This document shows positions 1 to 12,980 of a DNA stretch of 64,000 nt, one piece after another. Within the stretch, counting starts at the first letter, position 1; each line of letters opens with the position of its first letter. Made by a program: the position numbers and the translations under genes. Origin of the DNA: Tubiluchus corallicola (taxonomy: Eukaryota; Animalia; Priapulida); NCBI GenBank assembly GCA_030141605.1, contig JAQGDQ010000445.1, forward strand, positions 124,001-188,000, read 5' to 3'. Under the pieces are notes generated by a model. It was not told the DNA's origin. It ran no database searches and worked only from the letters and a program-made list of their open reading frames with translations.

Positions 1-537
1 GTTCAGAAATACAAAAGAAATAATGGTACCGGTCTGTATTTTTTTCTTTGCAAATGTATGTGTAACCTAGCTAGCCTTGTACGGTGAACATGTACTTAAA
101 AATGTATGCGAACCTATGCGAGTTTAGTGACCCACATTTCGTAGTAGTTACATGCATCATTACTATATCAACTTAAAAAAACTTATAAGAAACGTTTAGC
201 AACAATCAGTGAAACATTTGAGGCTGAAATTTTTAAGTTTGAAATTTGAAATCACTATTAAATCACTCTTAAAAATAATAAGCTTTCGCCCTGAAAATGT
301 ACAATTCGTTAGTCCTATAGGAGTGCTGCCTCTCCCCTCAGATCCCCCCCCCCCACACACACACTCCCTATATGGCCTCCGACATGAATGTTGATTTAAT
401 CCCGAAGGTTTAATCACTGCTGTACATCCATGCTGTGATGCATTACCGTTTGACAAATAATTTTCATGGCTGTAACTACTTCTCAATATTTTTTGCTACC
501 GTCACAGATTAAGTGCTGTTCAAGGCGTGATATAAAG

Positions 538-1006
538 TAGGGTTCCCGCAGAATTTTAAAATAAATTTCCCTGACTTTTCCCTGACTAAATATTGATTTT
601 CCATGACCAAGAGAAGTAGAAATTGTATTACCAGTATACACGTCCAAACATTTTTGTGTATGGCCATTCCTACATATACTGATAAATAATGTGTCGACAC
701 AGTTGCAGTAGTGCAAACTGAATTACACTAATCACATTAAATAAACTTTCTTAATCCAATCATTATTTTTGGAACAGAAATCGAAACTGGGAGCCTGTCA
801 TACCAAATTGTATTTGAACACGAATCGCTGAAAAATATTTTTCGAAAAATATCGATTCACGGTGATTATTTTTGCAACTGTTTCTAATTTCCCTGACTTT
901 TCGCCAGATTTTCATCATTTTCCCCGAGTTTAATAAATCATCCTTTTCCCTGACTTTCCAGGATATCCTGTATTTTCCAGGATTTTCCCTGACCGTGGAA
1001 ACGCTG
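538..1006. mobile_element. Non-autonomous hAT-like DNA transposon (MITE) with 6-bp TSD
   Basis: Imperfect TIRs TAGGGTTCCCGC / GTGGAAACGCTG. ATAAAG is duplicated at 532-537 and 1007-1012. The subterminal motif TTTCCCTGAC is repeated near both ends. Confidence 0.75.
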
Positions 1007-1398
1007 ATAAAGGCTATAAGTTCTATATCCCACTCAAACAACTATTTTTGCGTACAACAGACATTTACAAAAATATTTATAAAAATTACGTAGACAGTTT
1101 TAGCCACAATAAAGCAGAAAAGATGAATATATAATTTCTTTCAAAGAAAGAATAGTCATTTACGTCAGTCGAAAGTACGGCAGCCACGAGCTGTCAAAAA
1201 GGAAAATATAGTTGATTCATTCATCTACTAATAATGAAATTGACTAAATTTCTGTTAATCTGCAAAACTTATTAATAAATTTAATCTACATTACGTGAAT
1301 TACAAAGGAAACAACACGCGTACTTTGATACGTTTGAATTTCCGAAAAACTCCTACAGAAAGTGCAGCTGTCAAATTAGCAAAAACTGCACGATGTCA

Positions 1399-1430
<32 letters not shown>

Positions 1431-2049
1431 ACATATATATTATACACATATGATATATTATATATATATTATGTATATATTGTTGTACGAAATATTTATA
1501 GAAGAGTTAAAGCCGTTTTAAACGAACACATAGGCCTAAGCCTAAATTTTAACAAGTTTAGGCCAATATAGTTTTGCTTTGTGTGGAGTAACTACAAAAA
1601 ATGTACAAATACAAAGTTTGTTTTAAGACAAGCATCGCTGCTAAAAAATCTATTAGCTTCACTGTTCGGTTTTCGTAGAAAAATTGACACCGAATTATCA
1701 AATGTTTATCATTGACGTTTCCAGTAAACAGACCATTTTGTTACATGAAAGTTACAAAAGGTTTCATAGATTTTTTGTGTAAATCCAGATTTAAGAACAG
1801 TAGCGCAAGGATGGTAAGTTCGTATCTTAAAAACACTTTTTAGATTGCATATGAAAGACGTGTTCAAAATACATTAAACTCTCGGCTAAATTGCTTGGAC
1901 AATTCCACCATAAACACCGAATTTCCACCAACTCGCTGAAAAGGCAGCTGAAATATTCAAGATTTGATTCCAGACACAAATTCTCGTGATCTGCGCCTAA
2001 TGATTTGCGCATCGTTTATACCAAGTAGAGGAGGCTCCACGAACGCAGT

Positions 2050-2530
2050 TTATCAGCAGGATGAAGCCCAGATTTCGAACAGAAAATTATCAGCGGGATG
2101 AAGCCCAGATTTCGGACAGAAAATTATCAGCGGGATGAAGCCCAGATTTCGGACAGAAAATTATCAGCAGGATGAAGCCCAGATTTCTAACAGAAAATTA
2201 TCAGCAGGATGAAGCCCAGATTTCGGACAGAAAATTATCAGCAGGATGAAGCCCAGATTTCGGACAGAAAATTATCAGCGGGATGAAGCCCAGATTTCTA
2301 ACAGAAAATTATCAGCAGGATGAAGCCCAGATTTGGGACAGAAAATTATCAGCGGGATGAAGCCCAGATTTCGGATAGAAAATTATCAGCGGGATGAAGC
2401 CCAGATTTCGGATAGAAAATTATCAGCAGGATGAAGCCCAGATTTCGGATAGAAAATTATCAGCGGGATGAAGCCCAGATTTCGAACAGAAAATTATCAG
2501 CAGAATGAAGCCCAGATTTCGGACAGAAAA
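2050..2530. repeat. Minisatellite, 37-bp unit x13
   Basis: Unit TTATCAGC(A/G)GGATGAAGCCCAGATTTCGGACAGAAAA, head-to-tail with no spacers. Confidence 0.97.
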
Positions 2531-2764
2531 AAATCGAAACGTACAGGAGATATTATTGCCCATTTTATCATTTGAATATAATTATGTACACTATATATTT
2601 GTACTATAAAAGCATTCAATTCAATTCAATTCAATTTATTAACTCAGCAAGAATTATCAATATACAGTATTCTGGTTGAAACAAGATCGCGTTTTTAAAT
2701 TACCAAGAGTGCCGTGTGATTATTGACGTGAACCAGCAATGTTACTGATTATTATTACTGTTAA

Positions 2765-3356
2765 AGGAACACCAGATGTTTTTTCATATACTACCCGTTT
2801 TCACGTACGATAAAACGTAAACATTTTAGCACAATTAATGCTGCAAAAGTGCTTCTGATAATTAAATAGTAGATGAAAAACTTAGTCATTGGCGGGCGAG
2901 CCGAACTACTGATGACATCACAAACTAACATAATTTTCAATAGCAAAGTATTTCACGAGCGTGTTGCACGTGTTTGCGAAAGCGAAAATTGTAGTACAGT
3001 GCTACTGTAAGATATTCTGTGTGTTGTACTAAAACTAGGCATGTTTTAAGATAAAAATCAAATTTCAAATTTACCGCTGTGCTTAGGTCGTCACAAACTA
3101 ACACATCTGTTACTGACAGGTACAGCATCTGTTTTTGTATAATGCGTTTCTGAAATGCAGGCGCTAGTGCCCGTCTAACTAGCGACTGGCGAAATGCATG
3201 TAACAGAGAAGAACTAGTGGCGCGAACGTAAAATTGTGTTTGTGTGATAATAATTCTTTCATGTAAGTCATTCTTCAAAAGATAGTAAGTTTCCTTTCGA
3301 CATTTTAAACAGCAGATTGTTTTGACCTACAGTTTAAGATTGGGTCCGGTTTTGCT
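2765..3356 (+). mobile_element. Kolobok-like non-autonomous DNA transposon, family A, full copy
   Basis: Flanked by TTAA on both sides; imperfect TIRs AGGAACACCAGA / TCCGGTTTTGCT; several homologous copies in the window. Confidence 0.85.
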
Positions 3357-3360
3357 TTAA

Positions 3361-3770
3361 AACTACTTGAAAAACTTATGTAACAAGAAAAGAAAATTCT
3401 TAGTAATTTAAAATGTTCACACATCACCTGGTAAAACGGCACTGTATCGCCATCCCAGGGTGCACTACTGGCTCACCAGAAAACACATTGTTTATCTTAC
3501 TGGCAACATACAGTAATTTGTAGTTTCGCTCAGTGAAGAGTGCGCGTTAGGAATGCTCTGATAATCTTTACAAATTTTACGCAATGTTATCTAAACTTGT
3601 TTCAAACGATTTATACCGTTAAAACGTTCATTACGGGAGTTTAAATTTACAAACTTTATACAGCGTTACTGCTAACGCAGGCTCTGCATGCAATAAGACA
3701 GCATATGCAGGCGATAAAAAATTTAAAAACAATTTTTTGAACTTTATTTACGAGAAGTGTTTTTTGTCCT
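3361..3770 (+). mobile_element. Kolobok-like family B, 3' part
   Basis: Homologous to 62124-62803 (reverse complement); ends TTTTTGTCCT-TTAA. Confidence 0.8.
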
Positions 3771-4149
3771 TTAATGTATAAGTGTACTGGTTCCACAATT
3801 TAACCCTCAAGCTGTTGTAAGAAATTGCTACATAGGCAATTTTAGAAGTGACTTATACGATACATACTAAGTCTACAGTTGTAAAACCGTACAGAAAGTT
3901 GACATATCCATGCGGTTAAACTTTGTAAAGCTATCTGAACCGGTTCAGTACACCACTGTCTCAATAATAAAGCATTAGACACTGTGTGTCAACATACCGT
4001 ATTTACAGTGAAAGATTAAAATCATCAGATTTAGAAATTTAACCCGCTGAATTTATCTCCAAATTTCATTCATTCTGTAATGATAAAAGCTACACAAACT
4101 GTGTAACAAAGTCCTATAAAAATACAGTCAATATAATTATAATTTATAA

Positions 4150-4918
4150 CAAAGAGTTTTCAGTTCTACAAAGAGTCTTCAGGTATACAAAGAGTCCTCA
4201 GGCCTACATAAAGGGCCTTCATGTCTATAAAGAGTCTTCAGCTCTACAAAGAGTCTTCGGGTGTACACAAAGGGCGTTCAGGTCTACAAAGAGTCTTCAG
4301 ATCTTCATAAAGGGCCTTCAGGTCTACAAAGAGCCTTCAAGTTTACGTAAAGGGCCTTCTGGTCTACAGAAGGCCTTCAGGTGTACAAAGAGTCTTCAGG
4401 TCTACAAAGGGCCTTCAGGTGTACAAAAAGTCTTCAGATCTACATAAAGGGCCTTCAGGTCTACAAAGGGCCTTCAGGTGTACAAAAAGTCTTCAGATCT
4501 ACATAAAGAGCCTTCAGATCTACAAAGGGCCTTCAGGTGTACAACAAGTCATCAGATCTACATAAAGGGCCTTCAGGTCTACAAAGAGTCTTCAGGTCTA
4601 CATAAAGAGCCTTCAGGTCTACAAAGGGCCTTCAGGTGTACAAAAAGTCTTCAGATCTACATAAAGAGCCTTCAGGTCTACAAAGGGCCTTCAGGTGTAC
4701 AAAAAGTCTTCAGGTCTACGTAAGGGGCTTGCAGGTCTACATAAAGGGCATTCAAGTCTACAGAGGGCCTTCAGGTGTACAAAGAGTCTTCAGGTCTACA
4801 GAGGGCCTTCAGGTGTACAACAAGTCATCAGGTCTACATAAAGAGCCTTCAGGTCTACAAAGGGCCTTCAGGTGTACAAAAAGTCTTCAGATCTACATAA
4901 AGGGGCTTAAGACCTATA
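4150..4918. repeat. Minisatellite of 19/21-bp variant units
   Basis: Units AAAGGGCCTTCAGGTGTAC / AAAAAGTCTTCAGATCTACAT / AAAGAGCCTTCAGGTCTAC, degenerating toward the edges. Confidence 0.95.
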
Positions 4919-5377
4919 CACGTCAACAATAACCGGTGATTCATCGACAATAGCGGTCATCAGCTTTAAAGTTTAGTTTTTCCGTAAAGCATAATTATCG
5001 TTATGCAATTCGCATAAATTAATTGCAATACTTAAATACGGTCTACATTAATTTTCATTCTACTGCTCATAACATTGGCGGCGATATATTCATAATAATT
5101 TATAATAATTAATACGATGACACACATATCACGCTGTCTAAACCGCCAGTATATTATATATAACTGTCATTATTAAATTACTTGTACATGGAACCAACTG
5201 AACACTAATATATAATATAAATAAGCTGGCCATGCCTGGGAAAATAGTACCAGCCTGTTTCGAATCGGTGAATTACGTCAAAAGGCGAGCGACCGTGACA
5301 ATTAAAATGCATGACTGACATGTTAAACGTGATTATGCAATACCCCTGGAATAAAGGTTTTGCATATTACTCGAGGT

Positions 5378-6122
5378 TATTTTAATCGTGTGGGGGATGG
5401 GGCGTCCGTATGGGTCATGAAACATGCCTCAGTAATCAGTCAGTATACGGTAATCTTCATATTATTCGCATTTCTATCAAACTAATCATTTATAGCCTAC
5501 ATCAGGGGTGTGCAAATTATCCGACTAGCCGGGCCACAGGCAGTTTGATCAAAGAGCCAAGTACAGAAAGGCCTAATAACAATTTTTTTGCATCCGATCT
5601 GCGTACATCATTACTACTACACTCAAGAAACTATTTTAGGAGTTATTAAAATTTATATTACAAACCATATATTTCTACTTTCAGGACAGATAGTGGTAAT
5701 TTCATTAAAATGCATATTAGTAATGTGTTTCACAAAGTCCGTGTAGTACAGTGACATTAAGCTACAACCGTCTTGTAAGGGTTAATGACATCCGATCTAG
5801 TAGAAAAAACTACCTGCACTATCTTTGGGATCGTGGCACGGACTTCAGCTGGATACACTCAATTAATCGCCCGGGCCGCACTTTCATTAAGTTGGCAAAT
5901 CTCTTCGCGGGCCGCACAAATTCTCTCGGCAGGCCGTAAGTGGCCCACGAGCCGCAATTTACACACCCCTGGCCTACATGGTACATTATCACACTGTTAT
6001 CTCAATCGTATGAGGGACGGGGCGTCCGTATGGGCCATGAAACATACCTCAGTAATCAGTCAGTATACGGTAATCTTCATATTATTCGCATTTCCATCAA
6101 ACTAATCATTTATAGCCTACAC
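5378..6122. repeat. Direct duplication of ~125 bp (5378-5502 and ~5995-6122) separated by the hAT insertion
   Basis: Both copies contain GGGGCGTCCGTATGGG...CAGTAATCAGTCAGTATACGGTAATCTTCATATTATTCGCATTTC...TATAGCCTACA. Confidence 0.9.
5503..5971. mobile_element. Non-autonomous hAT transposon with 8-bp TSD
   Basis: 16-bp TIRs CAGGGGTGTGCAAATT / AATTTACACACCCCTG (1 mismatch); perfect TSD GCCTACAT at 5495-5502 and 5972-5979. Confidence 0.93.
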
Positions 6123-7279
6123 AGTAAGCTCGCTTTTTAATAAAAGAAAAAAATACAGAAATTATAGTAAAGATTAAAGTTGCTCCTGCCAAAAACAAAA
6201 AAAGTTGAACCAAGCACAGTTTTACTAAAACCAAATGTTAAAGACATTGTGCTTACTAAATATAAACCGGTAAATAACAGTAGATATTTGCCCGTTATTC
6301 CACGTATTGAACATTTCTAATTTTCAAATAAGAAATTGAATGTTTCACGCTTTCCAACACACATGTAAAAACGTCAATGATAAATTCTGAAACAGCCTCA
6401 ACTATAAACGCTGTGCAAACATGAGTTAAAAATATGCCAAAAAGACATTTTAATAAAATCTATACAAAGATTTGATTGGAATTCGTACGTGTTCAAGGCA
6501 AATGTGTTAATTTCTCGCTATTTAGTTTTAGTTTCAAGTGAACCTTAACCATTTTTCCAACACGAAGGAAAGAAATTTAAAGACTAATTTAAAAATTTCA
6601 CTTCCAAAAAGTCCTCATTTCTTTATCATGTGAAATGCGCTTACATAACCAGACCGTCTTAACATACCTACGCAACCACTCACAGGAATAAACATGATAA
6701 TGATTGAAAAAATTAAACATATTTATGTGTCGATACTTACAACAAAATCAGTGTTTAAACATTAAAAAACTTGCTGTAAAGCAAAAATGAATTAACAAAA
6801 ATTAACAATACAACATGAGTCTTGAAAAAAATATACATAGATTAGCATGGGGTTCCTATGCTCGTGGGACCCCTTCCGTAAAGACGAATTTAAAACTATA
6901 AAACCCATAAAATATTGTACGCAAACTTTGGGCTGCCTGGCAGAGTGCCAGCAGTAACTTAAACCGTTTGAAAAGGATTACACATGTAATAAGCATTGTA
7001 GTTTACGTTAATAATGCGACAGGCGCAAAAGCGACAGAAAAAAACCCGAGGGAGTGAAAAACATGAAAACGAGGCGCACCGAGAAAAAAGAAAACCTCCA
7101 CAGGCTTCTCGCCAGAATCCATTCATCTTAAAGCTATTTTGAGACGTGTGTAGGCCTACATACACACCAGTCAATCAATATTGCATGTGCAAAGCTTGGC
7201 ACTCGTTGCAGCCTTGATCAGGCAGGCAAATACGAGGGTGGGGAAATGATAGGAAAAGTGTGAGAATTTTATAGGGAAA

Positions 7280-7690
<411 letters not shown>

Positions 7691-8846
7691 AAATAAAAGA
7701 ACAAAGAAGGGATGAGAAGAAAAATGTGAGTTTCGAAGGAGGTTTTAAAAAGGCAGTGTATGCAAGAGAAACGTTAGCACTGACCAATCATTTATCCATC
7801 CCTTCACACCACCACTACCTTCAAACAACCTCCAGCGACAGCGCACAGTGACGCAGTGAGCCCATCACAAATACCACAACAGCTAACAGAAGGTGGTAAA
7901 GTGGGTTTGGCAGCTTGAGCCCTTTTGTACCGGCGCTGCATATTAGTTACACCAGTCCATGTAACCCGCACAATGGTTGCGCAGCTCGAGTTTATACAGA
8001 CCACAGCTGAGGACAGGACAATATCCACTGCTAATAAACTCCGCCATAATGAAGCTTCCTCATAATCCTTGAGTCGGGCGTTCATCGATGAAATTAGATT
8101 TAGACCCAGGCGTGTAAGCCGACTTAGGCGCAGTTTTAGGTTTAGGGCCTAAAGTATGATCCCTGCAGGATCGATAGCTCACGTCAGTCAGGTAATAAAC
8201 ACACATGAAACGATAGCCGTAATTTAATAGTTGAGCAATTAATTTATTAGTGCAGGCAGGGAGGAAGCGTTCGTGTCAGGTTTATTGATTGACTGTGCCT
8301 GGCTGATACACGATGCGAGCAAACGCGTTTAATGGCTAAAAAAACGAAAATAACTCATCCATTGAAGCTTTAATTGCTGAAATAATTAGCCACTATGCCT
8401 ATTTATAAACGCACGTCGTAAACAAACCCGCAAAGGACTTAATTAACAAGCAATGAATGGTTATATCATGGCAGTTTGCCAATTCTAGCATCTTACCAAA
8501 ACATACCGAACGTTTTAAATTATCGCTAGTATTTTACAATTATAAGAAGTCATAAGATTCAAAAATCATTAAGATGTCTTATACGTCACCATTTTTTACA
8601 CATTGTATATAAAAAATGAGACAAATAACTAAATTAATTATCCATTAACAAACTAGACAATTTACAGAAACAAAAAACTGTAGGTCTCCGCATTTTCCTC
8701 ATAAACCGAAAAAGTGTAAGAAGTAGTACCAGCATTAGGCTACACAATTCTTTCCGCCAAGAATTTCTGCTTACTAATATTACCAAAAAATGAGATGCTT
8801 ATAGCTTTAGGCTATTTACGTATATCATTTTTACAATCTACTTGCT

Positions 8847-8849
<3 letters not shown>

Positions 8850-8923
<74 letters not shown>

Positions 8924-8933
8924 GATATATAAA

Positions 8934-8984
<51 letters not shown>

Positions 8985-8992
8985 TTATATAT
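8850..8992. repeat. (TA)n microsatellite, interrupted
   Basis: Directly visible. Confidence 0.97.
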
Positions 8993-9435
8993 CATTTTTG
9001 CTGCTACATCACCACGCCTCCAACAACTTAATAATGTTCTATACATAGGTACGAAATTTCATACTTATTTCATCATACATAGGATGATATTTCATGAATA
9101 CTTTTTCCAGTGAAATTCTCCTGTTTTTAATTTGCTTAACTTAATTTCTCAATGTCTGCATGCGTACTGCGTATTTGTATGCATATTTTGTGAATTTTGT
9201 AAATTTCATTATTATTTGCAATATGTTTATAATTTTAATTTGCTGTTAATGATTGTGCAGTGCGTATTTGTGTGCATTTTTATAATTTTTCTGTTCATTT
9301 GTATATAGTTCTAATTTAGTTTTAAACTGTGTTAGTTAAAATGTGAAAGGCCTACCAATAATGACACTATTGGTTTTATCAATTTTTCATTAACTGTTTT
9401 TATACAAATTTTAATATAAATGTGATCCAACTTTA

Positions 9436-9850
9436 GTTAGTTTAAACATAATTTATTATAGGATCGGATCAGACAGTTTGAACAACATGATTTAGGATCC
9501 TCACCACAACAGACTTTATACACTATTTACAAAAACATTTACAGTAAGAATAGACTATAAGTACATAAGCTGACCAAGTTTTACTACAAGATCACATTAG
9601 ACATTAGTAGAAAATATAAATGTTAGAAAATATTAATGTACGAATATTTAAAACTGATGCATTTCATATCAGATAGAAACTACTGGAAGCGTTTAGTACG
9701 TAATATAAAGTCATGTATACATTGGAATATTTTACAGTTAGCAACATAGTTAAATTCATCTTTTCCGAATAATAACAACTTCAACAGATCATTAGTTCCT
9801 AAGGTTTTCGGGCAGAAGTATTTCATGTAATTTATCAAACATAACAACCC
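9436..9850 (-). mobile_element. 5'-truncated CR1-like LINE 3' end, copy 1
   Basis: Homologous to 50750-51289; AATAAA plus (ACTA)n-type tail on the minus strand; 15-bp TSD TGTGATCCAACTTTA at 9421-9435 and 9851-9865. Confidence 0.88.
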
Positions 9851-10149
9851 TGTGATCCAACTTTATGTTTGCATTGTATGTAACCTTTTAGCATGAAAGA
9901 ATACTAACAAAAATCATAAAAACGTTTTGTACGAAGTTCTAGCTCGAGTGTCGTCTCACTGGTGGTATTTTTCGAATCAGCGGTTCGGAATAAACGAAAA
10001 GCAAAAAAAACATTCATTCTGTGTCGTTTATTTTTGCAAAACATGCTGAAAAGTTTCTGAACCTAAAGGATTATGCACAACGATTAGACAAATTCAAAAT
10101 ATTTACGTTTAAAAAATAAAATAATAACTTCGTAACTTCCTTGCTGCTA

Positions 10150-10830
10150 AAGCTTCTTATCACATATTTTTGAGACTTACCCAAAATTCCGTTTGAGCTG
10201 CATACATTACAAATTGACGCTGGTCGATACCAGTGAAACACTTCACAGAATGGGAGCACGGAAGATGAATTTTGCTTTAGTATGCAATGCAATGTTTGTT
10301 GTCAAGAAAGGACTGCGTTCTTAAATCAAATATCAGATATCTTTCCAGAATTCTCATCCAGGTGCGATATTGATAAGTTTCTATTTTTAAACAAAAGTGG
10401 AGATGTGGAAGTTTTCCAGAATTCTCATCCACGTGTGATATTGATAGTCCATATTTTTAAACAAAGGTGGAGATGTGGAAGTTTTCCAGAATTCTCATCC
10501 ATGTGTGATATTGATAAGTTCATATTTTTAAACAAAAGTGGAGATGTGAAAGTTAAGAAATTGTTGACTATGTGCAGAAAATTTCAACAAAACGTGATTC
10601 TAAATTAAGAGGTACGAATTGATTTTTATAGATAAGATTTAATGTATTCAATCAGCACTGTGATATATATGTAGATGTGTTTGTTATAAATTATGGTATT
10701 TTTTAATCAACTTCGCTTAAAAAGAGCCCTGTATTTGTAGGGACGTGTTCTTATATGCATTGCTTTTTTAAACATGTGATTTGTTAATTGTATTCGTGTT
10801 CATGTTTTGTAAAATAAAGCGTTTATTAAT
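10150..10830 (+). mobile_element. Decayed non-LTR retrotransposon 3' end (RTE-X-like) with an internal ~71-bp triplication at 10343-10552
   Basis: Frameshifted motif KFRLS.HTLQIDAGRY ... EDE ... C, typical of the ORF2 C-terminus; 3' UTR ends near AATAAA at ~10813. Confidence 0.65.
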
Positions 10831-12085
10831 ATTATATCTGTAGGCCTAGGCTAGTAATTCAATTCAATTCAATCAATTTTTTCCTCAACATTCGTTTCAC
10901 ATTACAATATACAGAAGTAGCGAATTTCAATAATGCTTGAGAAAGAGCAGCCCAAGACCCATTGGTCAATAACTCAGCTGCTCTTTTTTAATAGCAGAAT
11001 TTTTTCTTAATAGGCGCAAATTTTGTGTAATAAGATTGACCAATTTAGTTTTTGAAAGGAAACTGGTTAAATTGTTTGCACTAAAGATGCTTGGTTTTAC
11101 CAGAAATTACTAATCCAATAACAATCAAAAAAGTGCATACAGAAATGAAATGGTACACGATTACATGTTATTTTACTTGTGGCAGTACTTACTTCATATG
11201 GTTTTATTCACGCGCCTGAAAACAAAAGCGCCAAGAGCACCTAGCGTCCCTTCAATCGAACCACAAACAGCTTTATCGCCCCGTAAAGATAATAAGCAAT
11301 TTGGCGGTGCGTTTGTGCTGCTAAATTTACAGCACGTGCCAGTCACATACCTGTATAGAAGGAGAGTGAAACGAAAGGCAGCAGCAAGTAACTGGAATTG
11401 ATTTTCATCTGTGTGTCTCTAGCGCGCGCTGCGCTTTGTTGTTACGCAGTGCGCTAGAACGTATGGCCGCTTTTAATTCCCGCGCGCGAGTCGTTTGTTG
11501 TTGTGTGTGGGGGCTGAAGGGTTAAAAACTGCGGGGTTTTTTTTACCAGTGTTTTTGGGTAGAACAGCGCACGTTTACAAAGCCCGCTTATGACGTAATG
11601 AAACGACGAAAACGTGATAACTTTGTTACTTTATACAGCAGAGTAGAGAGATAATGAAAAAGACGTTGATAATGGCATGGAGCTGGATCGACATGCGGCT
11701 CAATTTCAAGATTCTGATTTTATGATTTTAAAGTGTGCCTTTAAAACCACGAAAGAAAAAAGCAACAATAACAATGAAAACAGATAAAAAAATGCGATAC
11801 ACGATTCAACAGAACAATGACTCTCTTCTAAGAGGCACAAGGATCAAATAAATTTAAACTTATTCGGGTTTTTTATGACCAAGGTACATTGTTTACAACC
11901 AAAAGAAGCTAGACAGGTACAGGCTAGATAGGTTTTCGACTACCAGAACAGGGCGTAATAATCGAGTTAAATTAGCTAAGTGTTATTTGCTTCACTAAAT
12001 AAAGAATTATGAATTTTCTAAAAAAAAAACAGCACATAAACAAGTATGACAGTATCTCCATTCAGAATAGTGCAGTTCGAATGTA

Positions 12086-12980
12086 GGTAAAATTGGCACA
12101 CGTAAAAATGGCACAGGAAAAATGGCACACTTACCAAAACATGTGTTTAGGGATAGAGTTACAGTGGGGGGAGGGGGTAATTATTTTAGTTATCTTTACC
12201 TCTGCCAAGGAAGTTAGGCTTCAACACAGTTTGTTTGTTCGTTTTCTGTTTGTCTGGTTGTTTTTGCCTCTAGTATGGCAGTCAACCTATTACGCATAAA
12301 CTACCTAACAGATTTCCAAGAAACTTTGTGAAGAAAGGTGGGTATGGAGTGCCAAAATGGGAATCTTCCCGCCGATTCTTTTTTCACAAAAAACATTTGT
12401 TAAGCACTTCGAGGAAGTCTCAGAGGGAGTGTTTTACTGTGCTTAGTGCCTTTTTGTTATCCTTATCTGGACAAACATCTACGAGTTAGTTCCAGTTCCA
12501 TTTCGAAAAATTCTCTAGCTTGTAAAACTGTGTAACGCTGTTATAAAACCTTTGCTTATTAATGTGTATAGCCTTATAAGGTGGCTTGGCACGTATATAT
12601 TTGTTAATGCTTAAAAGTTAGATAAACACCATGTGGAACATTCGTGCATTATTGATTATAAATCTATTTAACGAACAAATATTTTGTGAGTCTCTTGCTA
12701 GTCTACATAATGCCAATACAGGTACATGTTTGCTTGTTTATTTTTGTGTTAAGTTTCTTTTGGATTGCTCGGATTTGATAGAGATCTGGTTCCCACTAAG
12801 AACAGTCTAGTTTTATTACAGAAATCAGCTGTATCGAAATAACATTATGTGCCATTTTTCCTACTTTTCCATTCGTGCAATTTTTTCCTGGTTTTCCATT
12901 CGTGCCATTTTTTCCTGTGCCAAATTATACGTACTTTTCCACTTGTGCCATTTTTACCTGTGCCGTTTTTACCGCGCACC
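12086..12980. mobile_element. MITE-like element with inverted subterminal AAAAATGGCACA repeats
   Basis: GGTAAAATTGGCACA plus two more repeats at the left; about six TGTGCCATTTTT-type repeats at the right, ending TTTTTACC. Confidence 0.7.
12190..12456 (+). mobile_element. Probable non-autonomous Helentron/DINE-1-like element nested in the MITE
   Basis: Starts TTTACCTCTGCCAAGGAAGTTA, followed by a GTTT/GTCT microsatellite and ACGCATAAACTAC..CAGATTTCCAAGAAACTT; ends ...AGTGCCTTTTT. This is the layout I recall for such elements. Confidence 0.55.

Noticed and set aside
2050-2530. 37-bp repeats as a CRISPR array
   Set aside because: Units are contiguous with no unique spacers, there are no cas genes, and the context is eukaryotic.
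4478-4932. Repetitive ORFs (YKKSSDLHKEPS...)
   Set aside because: Incidental translation of the minisatellite.
7804-8085. 93-aa ATG-initiated minus-strand ORF in GC-richer DNA
   Set aside because: No recognisable domain or splice context; more simply explained as a non-coding island, though a BLASTX would be needed to exclude it fully.
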